Below, piece by piece: positions 54,221 through 64,000 of a DNA stretch of 64,000 nucleotides (the first letter of the stretch is position 1; each line of letters begins with the position of its first letter). A program made the position numbers and the translations under genes. The notes beneath the pieces were generated by a model. That model was not told where the DNA came from and ran no database searches. It was given only the letters and a program-made list of their open reading frames with translations. Source of the DNA: Saccharolobus solfataricus P2 (lineage in GTDB: Archaea > Thermoproteota > Thermoprotei_A > Sulfolobales > Sulfolobaceae); the NCBI RefSeq assembly GCF_000007005.1, contig NC_002754.1; one strand, 5' to 3'.

Positions 54221-55179
54221 ATAGAATTCAAATATCTTGCTAACTGAGATAAATATTCCTTAAATATTTGAAAGTCATTTATCCTGTTTTCAATCCTAAT
54301 TTTGAATGCCTCGTTATAGATATCATATAGTTGAGGATTCCCAACCCTATATGCTACAGATCTTATTACGTTATCTTGATCTTCTTTGGATAGAGTAGGC
54401 ATTCCCAATTTGTTACCAACTGCTGTAATCAAGTAAAAGATGGCTTCCCAATAATATCTCATAGCCTCAGATAAGTTGCCCTGAGTTTCATAATAACTTG
54501 CTGTATTCCAGCTCTGATTGTACCTAGCTAAATAGTCAGCATAAGTTTGCAGTTGAACTATGTTTTGCTGTTTAGGAGCTACCGGGGCTCTCACTTTAAT
54601 GTAATTTTCAGCTCTCCTTTGTAAGAATTCGTAAAGGAAGTATAGGAATACAAACGCGGGTATCGAATATAGCCATAATATGTAAGGGTTACTTACGTAA
54701 AACTCCCCAGATTCCACTAAAGCTGCCAAAAATAGTTCTATTGGAACCATTATAAGGGTTAACAATCCTCTTATCCACTCCCTAGGTCTAATTATGATGT
54801 ATAACCCACTAGAGGCAGCTATGGCATAGGAGGGTAGTTCAAGCCACGAGTGTGGTAAGGTCATTAAACCTAACGCAGATAAAATTCCAGGGACGTTAAG
54901 ACTTGCTGAGAACGCACTCAAAACAGCTCCCGTAGAATATATACTTATTGCCAATATGATCATTCCCACAGCAGGTATGAAGTCTAGTAACCCAACTCTC
55001 ACGTTATTAGCAAATATCATTAATACCTTACCAAAATAAGACTGATTCAACACTTGATTTTCCGTACTATTGAATTGTGAAACTAGAATTGGATTATTCT
55101 GAGGTATGGCAGAAGCTATTAGAAATAATACTACCTCAAATACGAAAACTATCAAGATAAGCTTTGTTAAAACTCTCAT
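54217..55179 (-). CDS. SpoIIM-family membrane protein with soluble C-terminal helical domain
   Basis: IFANN, LPHSWLELPSY, AALVES; C-terminal YYWEAIFYLITAV. Confidence 0.8.
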   Translation of the reverse strand: MRVLTKLILIVFVFEVVLFLIASAIPQNNPILVSQFNSTENQVLNQSYFGKVLMIFANNVRVGLLDFIPAVGMIILAISIYSTGAVLSAFSASLNVPGILSALGLMTLPHSWLELPSYAIAASSGLYIIIRPREWIRGLLTLIMVPIELFLAALVESGEFYVSNPYILWLYSIPAFVFLYFLYEFLQRRAENYIKVRAPVAPKQQNIVQLQTYADYLARYNQSWNTASYYETQGNLSEAMRYYWEAIFYLITAVGNKLGMPTLSKEDQDNVIRSVAYRVGNPQLYDIYNEAFKIRIENRINDFQIFKEYLSQLARYLNSI

Positions 55180-55224
55180 TAAGGTTAATTATGATCTTGA
55201 TATTTAAATTACTTTTCCTAAGAG

Positions 55225-56325
55225 TTATCTTTCTACAATTCTTTTAATATTCTCATGAAATGGCGGATATATTATTCCCTTTTCAGTTATTATCCCAGCA
55301 ATATATTTAGGTGGAGTAACATCAAATACAGGATTATATACATTTACGTTTTCTGGAGCTATTGGTATTCCCCTAATTGTCCTAACTTCATTAGGATCCC
55401 TCTCCTCGATCTTAATTTCGTTAACGTTGCTCTTTAAATCGAAACTTGAAGTCGGGGCTAATGCGTAAAACGGTATCCCTAATTCGTGAGCTATGACAGC
55501 TTCCTTATATGTTCCTATTTTATTGAAAACATGCCCATCTCTTAATATCCTATCAGCCCCAACCATGACGCTATTAACCATTCCTCGATACATTACCAAA
55601 CCAACTGCAGTGTCGGTAATCAATGTGACTTTTATTCCTTCCTCCATTAATTCGTAAACGGTTAACCTACTACCTTGTAACCAAGGTCTAGTCTCTGGAG
55701 CGATAACTGAGACGTTCATCCCTAAGGCTTTAGCCAATTTCACTGGAGACAATGCAGTCCCCAACCCAGTACCAGTCGCCAAACCACCAGCATTACACTG
55801 CGTCAGTACTGTATCACTGTCGTTTAATTTCTCTAAACCGTAAAGTCCCATTTGTATTTCAGCGTCATATTCCTCATCAAAAATCCTCTTAGCCTCAACT
55901 TTCATAAGGTCTATTAGCTCATTTATGGTCTTAGCGTTACCGTTTTCCACTGCATTTTTAGCTAAAGTTAACATTCTTGAAGTCGCCCAAACCAAATTAA
56001 CAGCTGTAGGTCTAGCTGAATCCAATATGGCTTTAGCCCTAGTCAATTCTCTAATAGCCTCATCTAATGTCTTTACATTCTTGTTACTAGTTAACGCCAA
56101 TACCATTCCGTACCCGGCAGTAATTCCTATTGCTGGAGCACCTCTAACTTGCATGTTCTTTATGGCTAATGCTGTACTATCAACGTCCTTTAAATCTACG
56201 TAGACCTTTTGGAATGGTAATAACGATTGATCCAGGATTGTCAAAGTATTATTTTCGTCCTTCCAAATTATAGGTAGTAACTTTGGTTTATAAACCTCTT
56301 TAACTTCCTTAACTGTTAGCTTCAT
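55225..56325 (-). CDS. mtnA: Methylthioribose-1-phosphate isomerase (eIF-2B alpha-like family)
   Basis: [59 protein letters not shown]. Confidence 0.9.
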   Translation of the reverse strand: MKLTVKEVKEVYKPKLLPIIWKDENNTLTILDQSLLPFQKVYVDLKDVDSTALAIKNMQVRGAPAIGITAGYGMVLALTSNKNVKTLDEAIRELTRAKAILDSARPTAVNLVWATSRMLTLAKNAVENGNAKTINELIDLMKVEAKRIFDEEYDAEIQMGLYGLEKLNDSDTVLTQCNAGGLATGTGLGTALSPVKLAKALGMNVSVIAPETRPWLQGSRLTVYELMEEGIKVTLITDTAVGLVMYRGMVNSVMVGADRILRDGHVFNKIGTYKEAVIAHELGIPFYALAPTSSFDLKSNVNEIKIEERDPNEVRTIRGIPIAPENVNVYNPVFDVTPPKYIAGIITEKGIIYPPFHENIKRIVER

Positions 56326-56377
56326 ATGATATAATGAAAAAAGGAAGATTTAAAGCTTAGGGAAGGAAGATGGGTAC

Positions 56378-57340
56378 ATGAACTTAACTATTATTGAATT
56401 TGAGAGTAACGTTTTGAGAGATAATCCCTTAAATGATCCGTATAAGAGAAGAGTGGGAATAATTTACCCTAAAGACTATGAGGGGAGACCAATATTGATT
56501 TACCTTAGCGGTTACCTCTCTTCTTCACTAACCCAAATTAATTATAACCCATTGGGAGAGGACATGGTGAGTAAGGTTGAGAGATTGAGTAACGAGGGGA
56601 AAATGAAAGGTTCAGTAATAGTTCTTCCAGATATGTTCACTAAGGTTGGTGGAAATCAGTACATAAATTCCTCAGCAGTTGGAATGTATGAGGACTTTCT
56701 GGTAAAGGAATTAATACCATTCTTAAAGGATAAGTTCAAGAGCGATAAGATAGGAATATTTGGACACTCCTCAGGAGGATATGGTGCACTTATATTAGGA
56801 ATGAAATACCCTAATACTATTAAGGCCATAGCTGACCACGCTGGTGACGCATATTTCGAGTACGTCTACTTACCTACATTTCCTAGGGCAATTGAGCAGT
56901 TAAGGAGATTTAAGACTCCAGAGGAATGGTTAGAAAATTATTGGAAGAAGGAAAATAAACAGCATAGGGAAGATTTAAATACGTTGAACGTGGTCGGCAT
57001 GTCAGCATTTTATTCTCCAAATAATGAAAAAATTGAGTTGCCCTTCGATCTGGAAACTGGGGAAATATTGGAAGATGTTTGGAAGAAATGGTTAGAGAAA
57101 GACCCAGTGAGAATGGTTGACAAATACGCTGATAATTTGAAAATGCTTAAGTTCATATTTATAGATGTAGGCAAAAAGGACGAGTTCAATATACAGTATG
57201 GGAGTAGGACTTTACACAAGAAATTGCAAAAATATGGGATAAATCACTATTACGAGGAGTTTAATGATGGCCATCTCCACACTAACTATAGATATGATAT
57301 ATCATTAAGCCTTCTTGAAAAGAAACTAACGTCGGAATAG
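56378..57340 (+). CDS. Alpha/beta hydrolase (esterase)
   Basis: GHSSGG nucleophile elbow; DVGKKDEF; GH near C-terminus. Confidence 0.87.
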   Translation: MNLTIIEFESNVLRDNPLNDPYKRRVGIIYPKDYEGRPILIYLSGYLSSSLTQINYNPLGEDMVSKVERLSNEGKMKGSVIVLPDMFTKVGGNQYINSSAVGMYEDFLVKELIPFLKDKFKSDKIGIFGHSSGGYGALILGMKYPNTIKAIADHAGDAYFEYVYLPTFPRAIEQLRRFKTPEEWLENYWKKENKQHREDLNTLNVVGMSAFYSPNNEKIELPFDLETGEILEDVWKKWLEKDPVRMVDKYADNLKMLKFIFIDVGKKDEFNIQYGSRTLHKKLQKYGINHYYEEFNDGHLHTNYRYDISLSLLEKKLTSE

Positions 57341-57736
57341 CCTTTCTTTAATCGCCAAAAAGCTAGAATATGTAACTTCCCACTTGCTTACTGAATGAAA
57401 ACTATATGTATATATACTATCACCGATATTTCCTACTAACATTCTAACATTAGCTTTCTTTAAAATGGAATAAGATGGATAGCAGAGAGATCCATGAGCA
57501 GCGATTACCATTTCGGCTCTTAACCTTACACATTCTTTAGCTACTAACGGTCTTTTAGTGGAAGAGTTTAACGCTGGATTCTCCTCCTTATATAGAATCT
57601 CCTTATTTTTATCGGTAAATAATACTATGAATTTCCCTCTAGAGAATAAGTCTAATCTGTTTGAATCATCTACAACAGTACATATTATCATAAGAATTTT
57701 AATAACTTGTATAATAAAAAGTTTAATCCTAACCAT
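57326..57736 (-). CDS. Hypothetical protein (NifX-like fold possible)
   Basis: EENPA...AEMVIAAHG...LKKANVRM pattern. Confidence 0.6.
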   Translation of the reverse strand: MVRIKLFIIQVIKILMIICTVVDDSNRLDLFSRGKFIVLFTDKNKEILYKEENPALNSSTKRPLVAKECVRLRAEMVIAAHGSLCYPSYSILKKANVRMLVGNIGDSIYTYSFHSVSKWEVTYSSFLAIKERLFRR

Positions 57737-57875
57737 GCTTAGTTGATCTGTTGAATATTTTCCACTAAGTCACTATTATCTATCTTTCAACTAACCTCAA
57801 GATGTACAACTTATGTTTATGATGTTTTTTAACTTTTTGTGAAAATTCAACGAGTCCACAAAGCTTCCTAATCGT

Positions 57876-58787
57876 TCATATAATCTTGTAATATTTTGCC
57901 ATTTCCTTAAACGTCTCAATCCTTACATCCTCTGGAATGTAATTTAATTCCCTTTCGGCCTTCTTGTAGGAATATACTAACTCCCGTGAAAGGACATCAT
58001 AGGCCATTTTTAGCATCTCGTGTGAAGATTTGAAAGGCTCTATGAGCTTTACGCTAAATGGGAGCCATGACCTTATTTCCCTATTTATGGCTTTTACTGC
58101 ATCAGAGAAAAGACTTGTCAAGTTAGCGGGTTCCTTATCAGTAATGTAAAAATAATCGCTCCTCTTATATTTGCAAGCTAATTCTATTGCCTTGGAAGTA
58201 TTTCTGGTTGAGACTACGCTAAACATATTATCATTTTTTAGACCAATACCATGAGAAACTAACCACATGAAAGCCCTCCACATAAGGATTCTACTATAGG
58301 GGCCATAAACTATTGGAAACCTAAGTATTACATAATTGGGGAATTTAGATATGTTCCTTTCCCCTTCAAGCTTCGTAATTCCATGAAGCGTATTTGGCTT
58401 TAAACCTTCCCCATGAGGACTCTCTTCAGCTATAGGTCTCTCTTTACTTTCGATATTTTCAGACACTCCTATACTGCTTATATATACGAACTTACCGGAA
58501 TTAACTTGAAAGAACTTCCTTCCTATTTCAGTAGGGAATTGTACTTGTAAGTATTCAAATTCTCTAGGATCCTTAGTCCACATTGCGCCTATGAAGTAAA
58601 CTAAACAATCAATGTCTTTCAAATAATTATCATAAGAGAAAACTATATTTGCACCAATGTTTTGTAAGGCTTTTGTGTAATCGTTCATGCTCCTAGCGTA
58701 AACTAGTACATCATGTCCCTTACTTATGGCATATCTTACGAAATTGCTACCAACGAATCCCGTACCGCCAAATGTTAAGATTTTCAT
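57876..58787 (-). CDS. NAD-dependent epimerase/dehydratase (extended SDR)
   Basis: GGTGFVG, YISS, HGITKLEGE, RFPIVYGP. Confidence 0.87.
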   Translation of the reverse strand: MKILTFGGTGFVGSNFVRYAISKGHDVLVYARSMNDYTKALQNIGANIVFSYDNYLKDIDCLVYFIGAMWTKDPREFEYLQVQFPTEIGRKFFQVNSGKFVYISSIGVSENIESKERPIAEESPHGEGLKPNTLHGITKLEGERNISKFPNYVILRFPIVYGPYSRILMWRAFMWLVSHGIGLKNDNMFSVVSTRNTSKAIELACKYKRSDYFYITDKEPANLTSLFSDAVKAINREIRSWLPFSVKLIEPFKSSHEMLKMAYDVLSRELVYSYKKAERELNYIPEDVRIETFKEMAKYYKII

Positions 58788-58867
58788 ATTAACATTTTTG
58801 CAAAAAAGTATAAAAAGATGTCATTTAGCACTTTTGCTTAAAAAGTATCCTAATAAACTAACATGTT

Positions 58868-59080
58868 GTGAACTATTCAAAATTTTGGGCAAGGTTTAAG
58901 GAATGGGCTTTGACCACAAACGATGAAGTTATCTTACCTCATAAGCTGAGAAAGATAGTTGAAATAATCAAACGAAATCCCGATATAACCTTAGTTAGAC
59001 TTGCGGGATATTTAGATACTGATGCTCTATACTTAGCTAGATATTTACGTAACAGCTATAAGAATATCGTAGAAACCTAA
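58868..59080 (+). CDS. Small HTH-like protein
   Basis: 70 aa; NPDITLVRLAGYL helix pattern. Confidence 0.6.
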   Translation: MNYSKFWARFKEWALTTNDEVILPHKLRKIVEIIKRNPDITLVRLAGYLDTDALYLARYLRNSYKNIVET

Positions 59081-59125
59081 TCTATAAGCTTAACATTTTT
59101 TTATTCTGTTATCGATTTCAACTAT

Positions 59126-60088
59126 ATGAAGGAGATAAAAGAGATAGAACCTTGGGGAGTTAATATTCCCTTTATATTCTTGGCAATGATATACTGGGCT
59201 TTGGGTTCACTATCACTACCCCTTAACTTGCCATTTCATCCCTATTTTATGCTGTTGGGAGCTTACGCATTATACTTTGGCATGATACAGAGACTGTTCT
59301 TTCCAGCAAAAAATTACTTAGCGTTACATATAGCATCTTTAATTCTCTTGGCTATTCCAATACAGTATTTTCAAATTATTGCATCAGTTGTCCTAACTAT
59401 TACTGAAGTCTGGGCACTAAAAGATCTGAAAATGTATGGTTATAATACTAAAAAGTTACCTATCAATGCTCTAGTACTATCGTCACCATTCTCGTCCATA
59501 ATTGCGTGGGTATTTTACCCAAACTACTGGCTTCTTATCACTCCTTTACTTTTGTATATATTAGGAGTAAACGTGGGAGTATTTTCCGTTAACTTGAGAA
59601 CCAAACCAGTATTCGGACTGCATCAGTTACCCATATTCCTAATTATAATATTGTCGTACTTTTTCCCCATACTATTTCCCTTTATCGGAGTAGTTTACTT
59701 CCTTACAATATATAGAAAGACGTTTACTTTTAAGAGCATTACTGGGATTTCATCTTTACTGTCTCTAATAGTAATTCCCTTGTTGTCGCTCTATTTTGGA
59801 GATTTCGTTCACGCTTTTACCTTAGGTATAATGTCGAACTTATTCTTCTCCTGCATTACCTACTCTACAAGTAGATATAATTACAATAAGGTTGTAATTT
59901 CTATACTACTCTCAGATTTAGCTTATATACTGCGATTCTTTTACTTCGAAATTTCAGGGATTTTTTGGATTGTTGCAGTAATTTATTTCCTCTATTTAAT
60001 TAAAGATAATTTCTATTTGACTTCCATAAAACTAGGACTATCAATGAGATTTATAAGAATGCAGAAAGAAAATCGTGGGTCTCCTTAG
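59126..60088 (+). CDS. Polytopic membrane protein of unknown function
   Basis: About 10 hydrophobic segments with conserved-looking His (FHPYFM, VHAFTLG). Confidence 0.75.
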   Translation: MKEIKEIEPWGVNIPFIFLAMIYWALGSLSLPLNLPFHPYFMLLGAYALYFGMIQRLFFPAKNYLALHIASLILLAIPIQYFQIIASVVLTITEVWALKDLKMYGYNTKKLPINALVLSSPFSSIIAWVFYPNYWLLITPLLLYILGVNVGVFSVNLRTKPVFGLHQLPIFLIIILSYFFPILFPFIGVVYFLTIYRKTFTFKSITGISSLLSLIVIPLLSLYFGDFVHAFTLGIMSNLFFSCITYSTSRYNYNKVVISILLSDLAYILRFFYFEISGIFWIVAVIYFLYLIKDNFYLTSIKLGLSMRFIRMQKENRGSP

Positions 60089-61280
60089 CTACGTTTGCCC
60101 ATGAGGAGTGCAATTCTAAAAACTTCTTCACCTTCTCATCTTCATGCTCACTCTCGTATTCTTCATCTTTCATCCTTAGTATACTGTTTGCAGTACTTGC
60201 CATTTCCTTTATATCATACTCTCTCACTGTTCTAACTGGTTTTAAACTGGAAAACACAAATCTTATTGCAGGTATATCATATGCTACAACCGAAGTACCT
60301 AAAGCTAAGGTATCTAAAACCACTAGAGAAAAACCATCTTGATGGGAAGGATAAATTAAAACTTTAGCCTTGGCCACTGTATTGTATACCTCTTCTATTG
60401 GCCTATAACCTTTATATTCAATTTTAGGATGCGACATTAGAATCGACCTATCGTTCTCATTAAAAATTTTTCCAAATACAACTATTTTACTATCTAATAA
60501 ATCAGCGATCTTAGGCAATTCCTTAATCCCCTTCTGTGGGACTAATCTAGCGAAGAAAACCGCATAGTCTTCTTTACCTCTAGTCCTCCTATACTTATAA
60601 ATAATATCCTTATTGAAAGCATTACCAACCTCATAAACCTTTAATCTCACACTATGTGCAATCTCTTCAATTCCAGATAGATAAAACGGTGCCTTAGATA
60701 CACCAGCTATTCCCCTTAATATTCCATCATTTATTGAACGTAAAAATGCCCTTTTATCGAATTTGTAGAACATCCACATTAAGGTGTCATATGCTAATCC
60801 TTTGATTCCTAGAAATTTCCTATACCCCCTTCCGAAAGAATTTCTGAATGGCTCATCATGTAAAAGTTTAACTAATGGTTTATTCAATCTTTTTGCAATA
60901 TGGTATGATAATCTTAAGGTAATTGAGTCTTCGTGCATGTCGTAAATGACGTCCGGTTTAATATCCTTTAGTTCATCAATATATTTTCTATCCTCCCCCA
61001 AATTATTCCATCTTAAGTAAACGGTATGAGATCTTATGAAATAAGGTAATGTACCAACTTCTTCAGCTTCTTTAGTTTCATACACAGAATGATGAACACT
61101 AATATGTGCATTCTCTAAATCCTTTAACACTTCATAGTTCCTTCTCACAAGAAATGACGGAACGTATAAGAATACCTCGTCCCCCATCTTTACTAACTCT
61201 TTTAAAACATTTATTATATGAACCGATACTCCAGATGGGTTAAAAACGTTACCAATTGCCAGTACTCTCATCTTTCTCAC
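60051..61280 (-). CDS. Glycosyltransferase family 4 (GT-B)
   Basis: SGVSVH, FARLVPQKG, YPSHQDGFSLVVLDTLALG. Confidence 0.88.
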   Translation of the reverse strand: MRKMRVLAIGNVFNPSGVSVHIINVLKELVKMGDEVFLYVPSFLVRRNYEVLKDLENAHISVHHSVYETKEAEEVGTLPYFIRSHTVYLRWNNLGEDRKYIDELKDIKPDVIYDMHEDSITLRLSYHIAKRLNKPLVKLLHDEPFRNSFGRGYRKFLGIKGLAYDTLMWMFYKFDKRAFLRSINDGILRGIAGVSKAPFYLSGIEEIAHSVRLKVYEVGNAFNKDIIYKYRRTRGKEDYAVFFARLVPQKGIKELPKIADLLDSKIVVFGKIFNENDRSILMSHPKIEYKGYRPIEEVYNTVAKAKVLIYPSHQDGFSLVVLDTLALGTSVVAYDIPAIRFVFSSLKPVRTVREYDIKEMASTANSILRMKDEEYESEHEDEKVKKFLELHSSWANVAKETHDFLSAFL

Positions 61281-61467
61281 TTTAGTTTAACACTATGACT
61301 ATTCTTAGTTTAAAGTGAGAAATTAATGATTTTCTTAACTATTAACTTCCTTCTTGCCCTTAGAAGCTTTCTGCTTATATCTTGTGGTCATATTATAATG
61401 AATTTCATACCGTATTCTGTCGCGAGTAGCAATAAGTTATATTATTAAAGTTATTAAAGGAGTAAAC

Positions 61468-61986
61468 GTGGATCCATTTATCCTATCGTTATTACTAGGT
61501 CTTTCGCATGGAATTGAACCTGATCATGTAGCGACTGCAAGACTTTTAAAGAGCCGATGGAAGATTGTACAATTTGCCCTATCTCATTCAGCTGGGTTCG
61601 TTATAATAGCAATACCACTTGTAATTCTAATAGGTGATAATAAATTCTTAGAGATAATCTCAAATATAATAGGTATTATATTTTCAATTCTACTTCTAAT
61701 TCAAGCAATATTTGATAAGGAAATTGATATAGGGGCAAACAAGGCTGGGTTATTACAAGGAGCTTTCGTCATAACTCCAACCAAGGTGTTGGTTATAGTT
61801 ATCGCTTCCACTGCTTATAGTATACTCTACTCTATAGAGGTAATTTCAGTATTTATAATAGCATCTGCAGTTTCAATTATATCTCTCTCACTATTAAATT
61901 TCGTACCGAAGAGAGTATATAAAATAGTAGATGTAGGAATAGCTCTATTAACTATGACTTACTTAATCTTTCTTCTCATTAATTGA
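61468..61986 (+). CDS. Nickel/cobalt transporter-like (HupE/UreH/NiCoT-type) membrane protein
   Basis: GLSHGIEPDH motif, SHSAG, multiple TM segments. Confidence 0.75.
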   Translation: MDPFILSLLLGLSHGIEPDHVATARLLKSRWKIVQFALSHSAGFVIIAIPLVILIGDNKFLEIISNIIGIIFSILLLIQAIFDKEIDIGANKAGLLQGAFVITPTKVLVIVIASTAYSILYSIEVISVFIIASAVSIISLSLLNFVPKRVYKIVDVGIALLTMTYLIFLLIN

Positions 61987-61997
61987 TAGTTCTTTCC

Positions 61998-63436
61998 CAG
62001 TGGTGTTTCACCAAATTATTTCATTTGAAAGATATAATATTAGTCCTTTCAAAAAGAGATTGATATAGAGAAAAACAATAAAATTATTATGAAACATAAC
62101 ATGTTAAAATAATTTGCAAAAAATATAGCGTACAATTCTAATAATAAGAGGAGAATTCTGAATTTTTCTCACGTGGTGAAAACGACGTGCATAGTCTCCT
62201 CTGAACACCGAGAAAGTTAGAGAAGCTTGACGAATGAATCGAAGGACAAAACCTTCTTACACGTGGACTTGAAGTTAAAGAGAAGATGATTCACTAGATT
62301 CCACGCAGAATCCAGAACCGTGTAATAGAGGAACAAGAAGATCTTATTACTCAACTTCCTAACATACCTTATCCTTGCCTTCCTAACCTTAAAACCCTCC
62401 TCAACTTGCCACCTCAACCTATAGAGTTCAGCCAGTTCATAGGGATCTCCCTCGAAGTTCGTTACGAACATGAAGTGCCTCGGCTTCCCCTTAACGTAAA
62501 CCACATCGTAATAATAAAGCCCTTCAAATTCCAAGACCCTATACGCAACGTAAACCTTGTCCTTAACCTCATATCTCTTCTCAACTAATGGAACGTTAGA
62601 TAGTTCCTTGAATCCCTTCAAGTTCGACTTTCCTCTCACAATGGTCTTCACGGGCATTTCCTTGATGACCCCTAGGTTCAAGAATCCGGCGTCAGCTACA
62701 ACGTAATCTATTTCCATGTATTGGCTTACTTCCCTCACGCTCCTGAGTAGGAACTGTGATGGACTGTCGCTTCTCAAATCTGCTACCTCCACTAGGAGGG
62801 GTAACCTTAAGGGATATACGAGGTCCAAGGATCTCATCTTTACTCCTTTTCTCTTCCAGTTGTAGAGTAGAAAGCCCTCTGCTTTTTCTTGTTCCTTTTC
62901 TCCCACGGTTAATCCGGTCTCATCTACAGCGACTACGTTGATCTCTCCCTTTACTTCTCTGTAGATTGGGTAGAACTTGAAGGTTCTCTGACCTTTACTA
63001 ATTACTTTCTCGCCTCGTCTTACTACCTTCAAGTAGTATTTTCCTCTGTTTCCGGTTAGCAAGGATGGTGCTGCTTTCACTATTTCCGGGTCTAGATCTT
63101 GAGAGATAACGTTAATATTGTTTGTTGCTAAAGTTATAGCGAGGGACTTCAGCTCCGTTTTGGGTAATATCATGGTTTGCATAACGGAGTTATGGAGTCC
63201 CTCGCTTTAACCTTTTCTTGTTCATCTCGTCCTTCCACCTACTTTCCTCTATTGATAATACTAGACAAATGGTATTACTCTTTATATATAAACTCGTTTT
63301 CTGTTAGTTTCTTCAACAAATATGAAAATTTTTTGCTTCTTGTGTTGAAATAAGCCGATTTTTCTAACTCCGCTCTGATATTTTTCTCTTCCATAGAAAT
63401 TGTATCATTTTGAGTAAAATTGGTGAAACACCACTG
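61998..63436 (-). mobile_element. ISC1439-like element, complete
   Basis: Exactly 1439 bp; TIRs CAGTGGTGTTTCACCAA / TTGGTGAAACACCACTG; 9-bp TSD GTTCTTTCC (61989-61997, 63437-63445). Confidence 0.93.
62217..63182 (-). CDS. ISH3-family DDE transposase
   Basis: VAVDET, VADAGF, YRLRWQVEEGFK. Confidence 0.92.
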   Translation of the reverse strand: MQTMILPKTELKSLAITLATNNINVISQDLDPEIVKAAPSLLTGNRGKYYLKVVRRGEKVISKGQRTFKFYPIYREVKGEINVVAVDETGLTVGEKEQEKAEGFLLYNWKRKGVKMRSLDLVYPLRLPLLVEVADLRSDSPSQFLLRSVREVSQYMEIDYVVADAGFLNLGVIKEMPVKTIVRGKSNLKGFKELSNVPLVEKRYEVKDKVYVAYRVLEFEGLYYYDVVYVKGKPRHFMFVTNFEGDPYELAELYRLRWQVEEGFKVRKARIRYVRKLSNKIFLFLYYTVLDSAWNLVNHLLFNFKSTCKKVLSFDSFVKLL

Positions 63437-63707
63437 GTTCTTTCCTAACTTCATAAATTATATTAGCTAATTCTAATTCCATCTTTCTCATATTTCTAAG
63501 CTGTTCAAGAATTTTTCTTCCTTTTTCTGTTAACTTATACTCGCCATTGTCGTCTTGAATAAGCCCCTCTTCTGCAAGCATTGATATATATTTTTTTGCT
63601 AGCGAGGCGCTAAGATTAACATTTTTCATAATACTAGATATCCTATTAATTTTACTATCTATCGCCTCCAAGATATCACTTATTATATCATCCCTAGTCC
63701 TTCTCAT
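63405..63707 (-). CDS. Winged-helix transcriptional regulator; C-terminus supplied by the IS end
   Basis: RRTRDDIISDIL, NLS, YKLTEKG; last residues PVVFHQFYSK lie inside ISC1439. Confidence 0.85.
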   Translation of the reverse strand: MRRTRDDIISDILEAIDSKINRISSIMKNVNLSASLAKKYISMLAEEGLIQDDNGEYKLTEKGRKILEQLRNMRKMELELANIIYEVRKEPVVFHQFYSK

Positions 63708-63924
63708 ACATATACTATAACTGTTCGATCATATATATTTTTTATCGTTTGGTATCCCATTAATAAACGATGAGAAACTATGTCGTAAGAACTAGCTGAA
63801 TAGCTGAAACTTTTTCAAATGTAACGTAAAGTTCACACGCGTTCACTGATAATTTTCTGAGGAAGGTTTCGGATCTAATAGGATTTTTAAACGATATATA
63901 ATATTAATCCTTTGTTTCTTAGAC

Positions 63925-64000
63925 TTAATAGAAGCCATTTACCTTCACATAATCCTCAACCCATTCATAAATATTGGAGAAATGGAACTTCTTATGTTTC
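63925..64000 (-). CDS. 3' end of a gene entering from beyond the window
   Basis: Open frame ...KHKKFHFSNIYEWVEDYVKVNGFY* ending at 63925. Confidence 0.45.
   Translation of the reverse strand, partial: KHKKFHFSNIYEWVEDYVKVNGFY

Overview
AT-rich Sulfolobales chromosomal DNA, most likely Saccharolobus (Sulfolobus) solfataricus, judged from the ISC/SM element repertoire and the soxM-soxE-soxF-soxG-soxH-soxI oxidase locus. (1) 0.2-11.1 kb is a pile of nested IS elements (ISC1058-, 1212-, 1439-, 1217-, 1359-, 1048-, 1234-, 1078-like and an SM1 MITE) around one orphan 497-aa PD-(D/E)xK-like gene. (2) 11.2-23.2 kb is a catabolic cluster: hydantoinase/oxoprolinase A+B, a Rieske-like protein, MFS transporter, maleate-isomerase-like protein, MBL hydrolase, FAH-family protein and a Mo-hydroxylase large subunit, with two SM2 MITEs. 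(3) 23.4-37.9 kb is a second mobile zone: an IS607 (tnpA+tnpB), IS110, IS1-, IS5-, IS6- and IS630-type elements, a coiled-coil repeat nuclease, an MNT-HEPN pair and dcd. (4) 37.9-64 kb is mostly housekeeping: PoxB-like enzyme, antiporter, SoxM respiratory supercomplex, mtnA, esterase, glycosyltransferase and one ISC1439. The most interesting signals are RNA-guided mobile-element parts: an IS607 inserted into what looks like another TnpB element's right end, a TnpB with a D-to-Q change in RuvC-III, an orphan copy of the omegaRNA region, and IS110 non-coding ends with an internal match to their own flank. No tRNA, rRNA or CRISPR array was seen. ISC/SM names come from recall of published Sulfolobus element families plus measured lengths, TIRs and TSDs; no database search was run.
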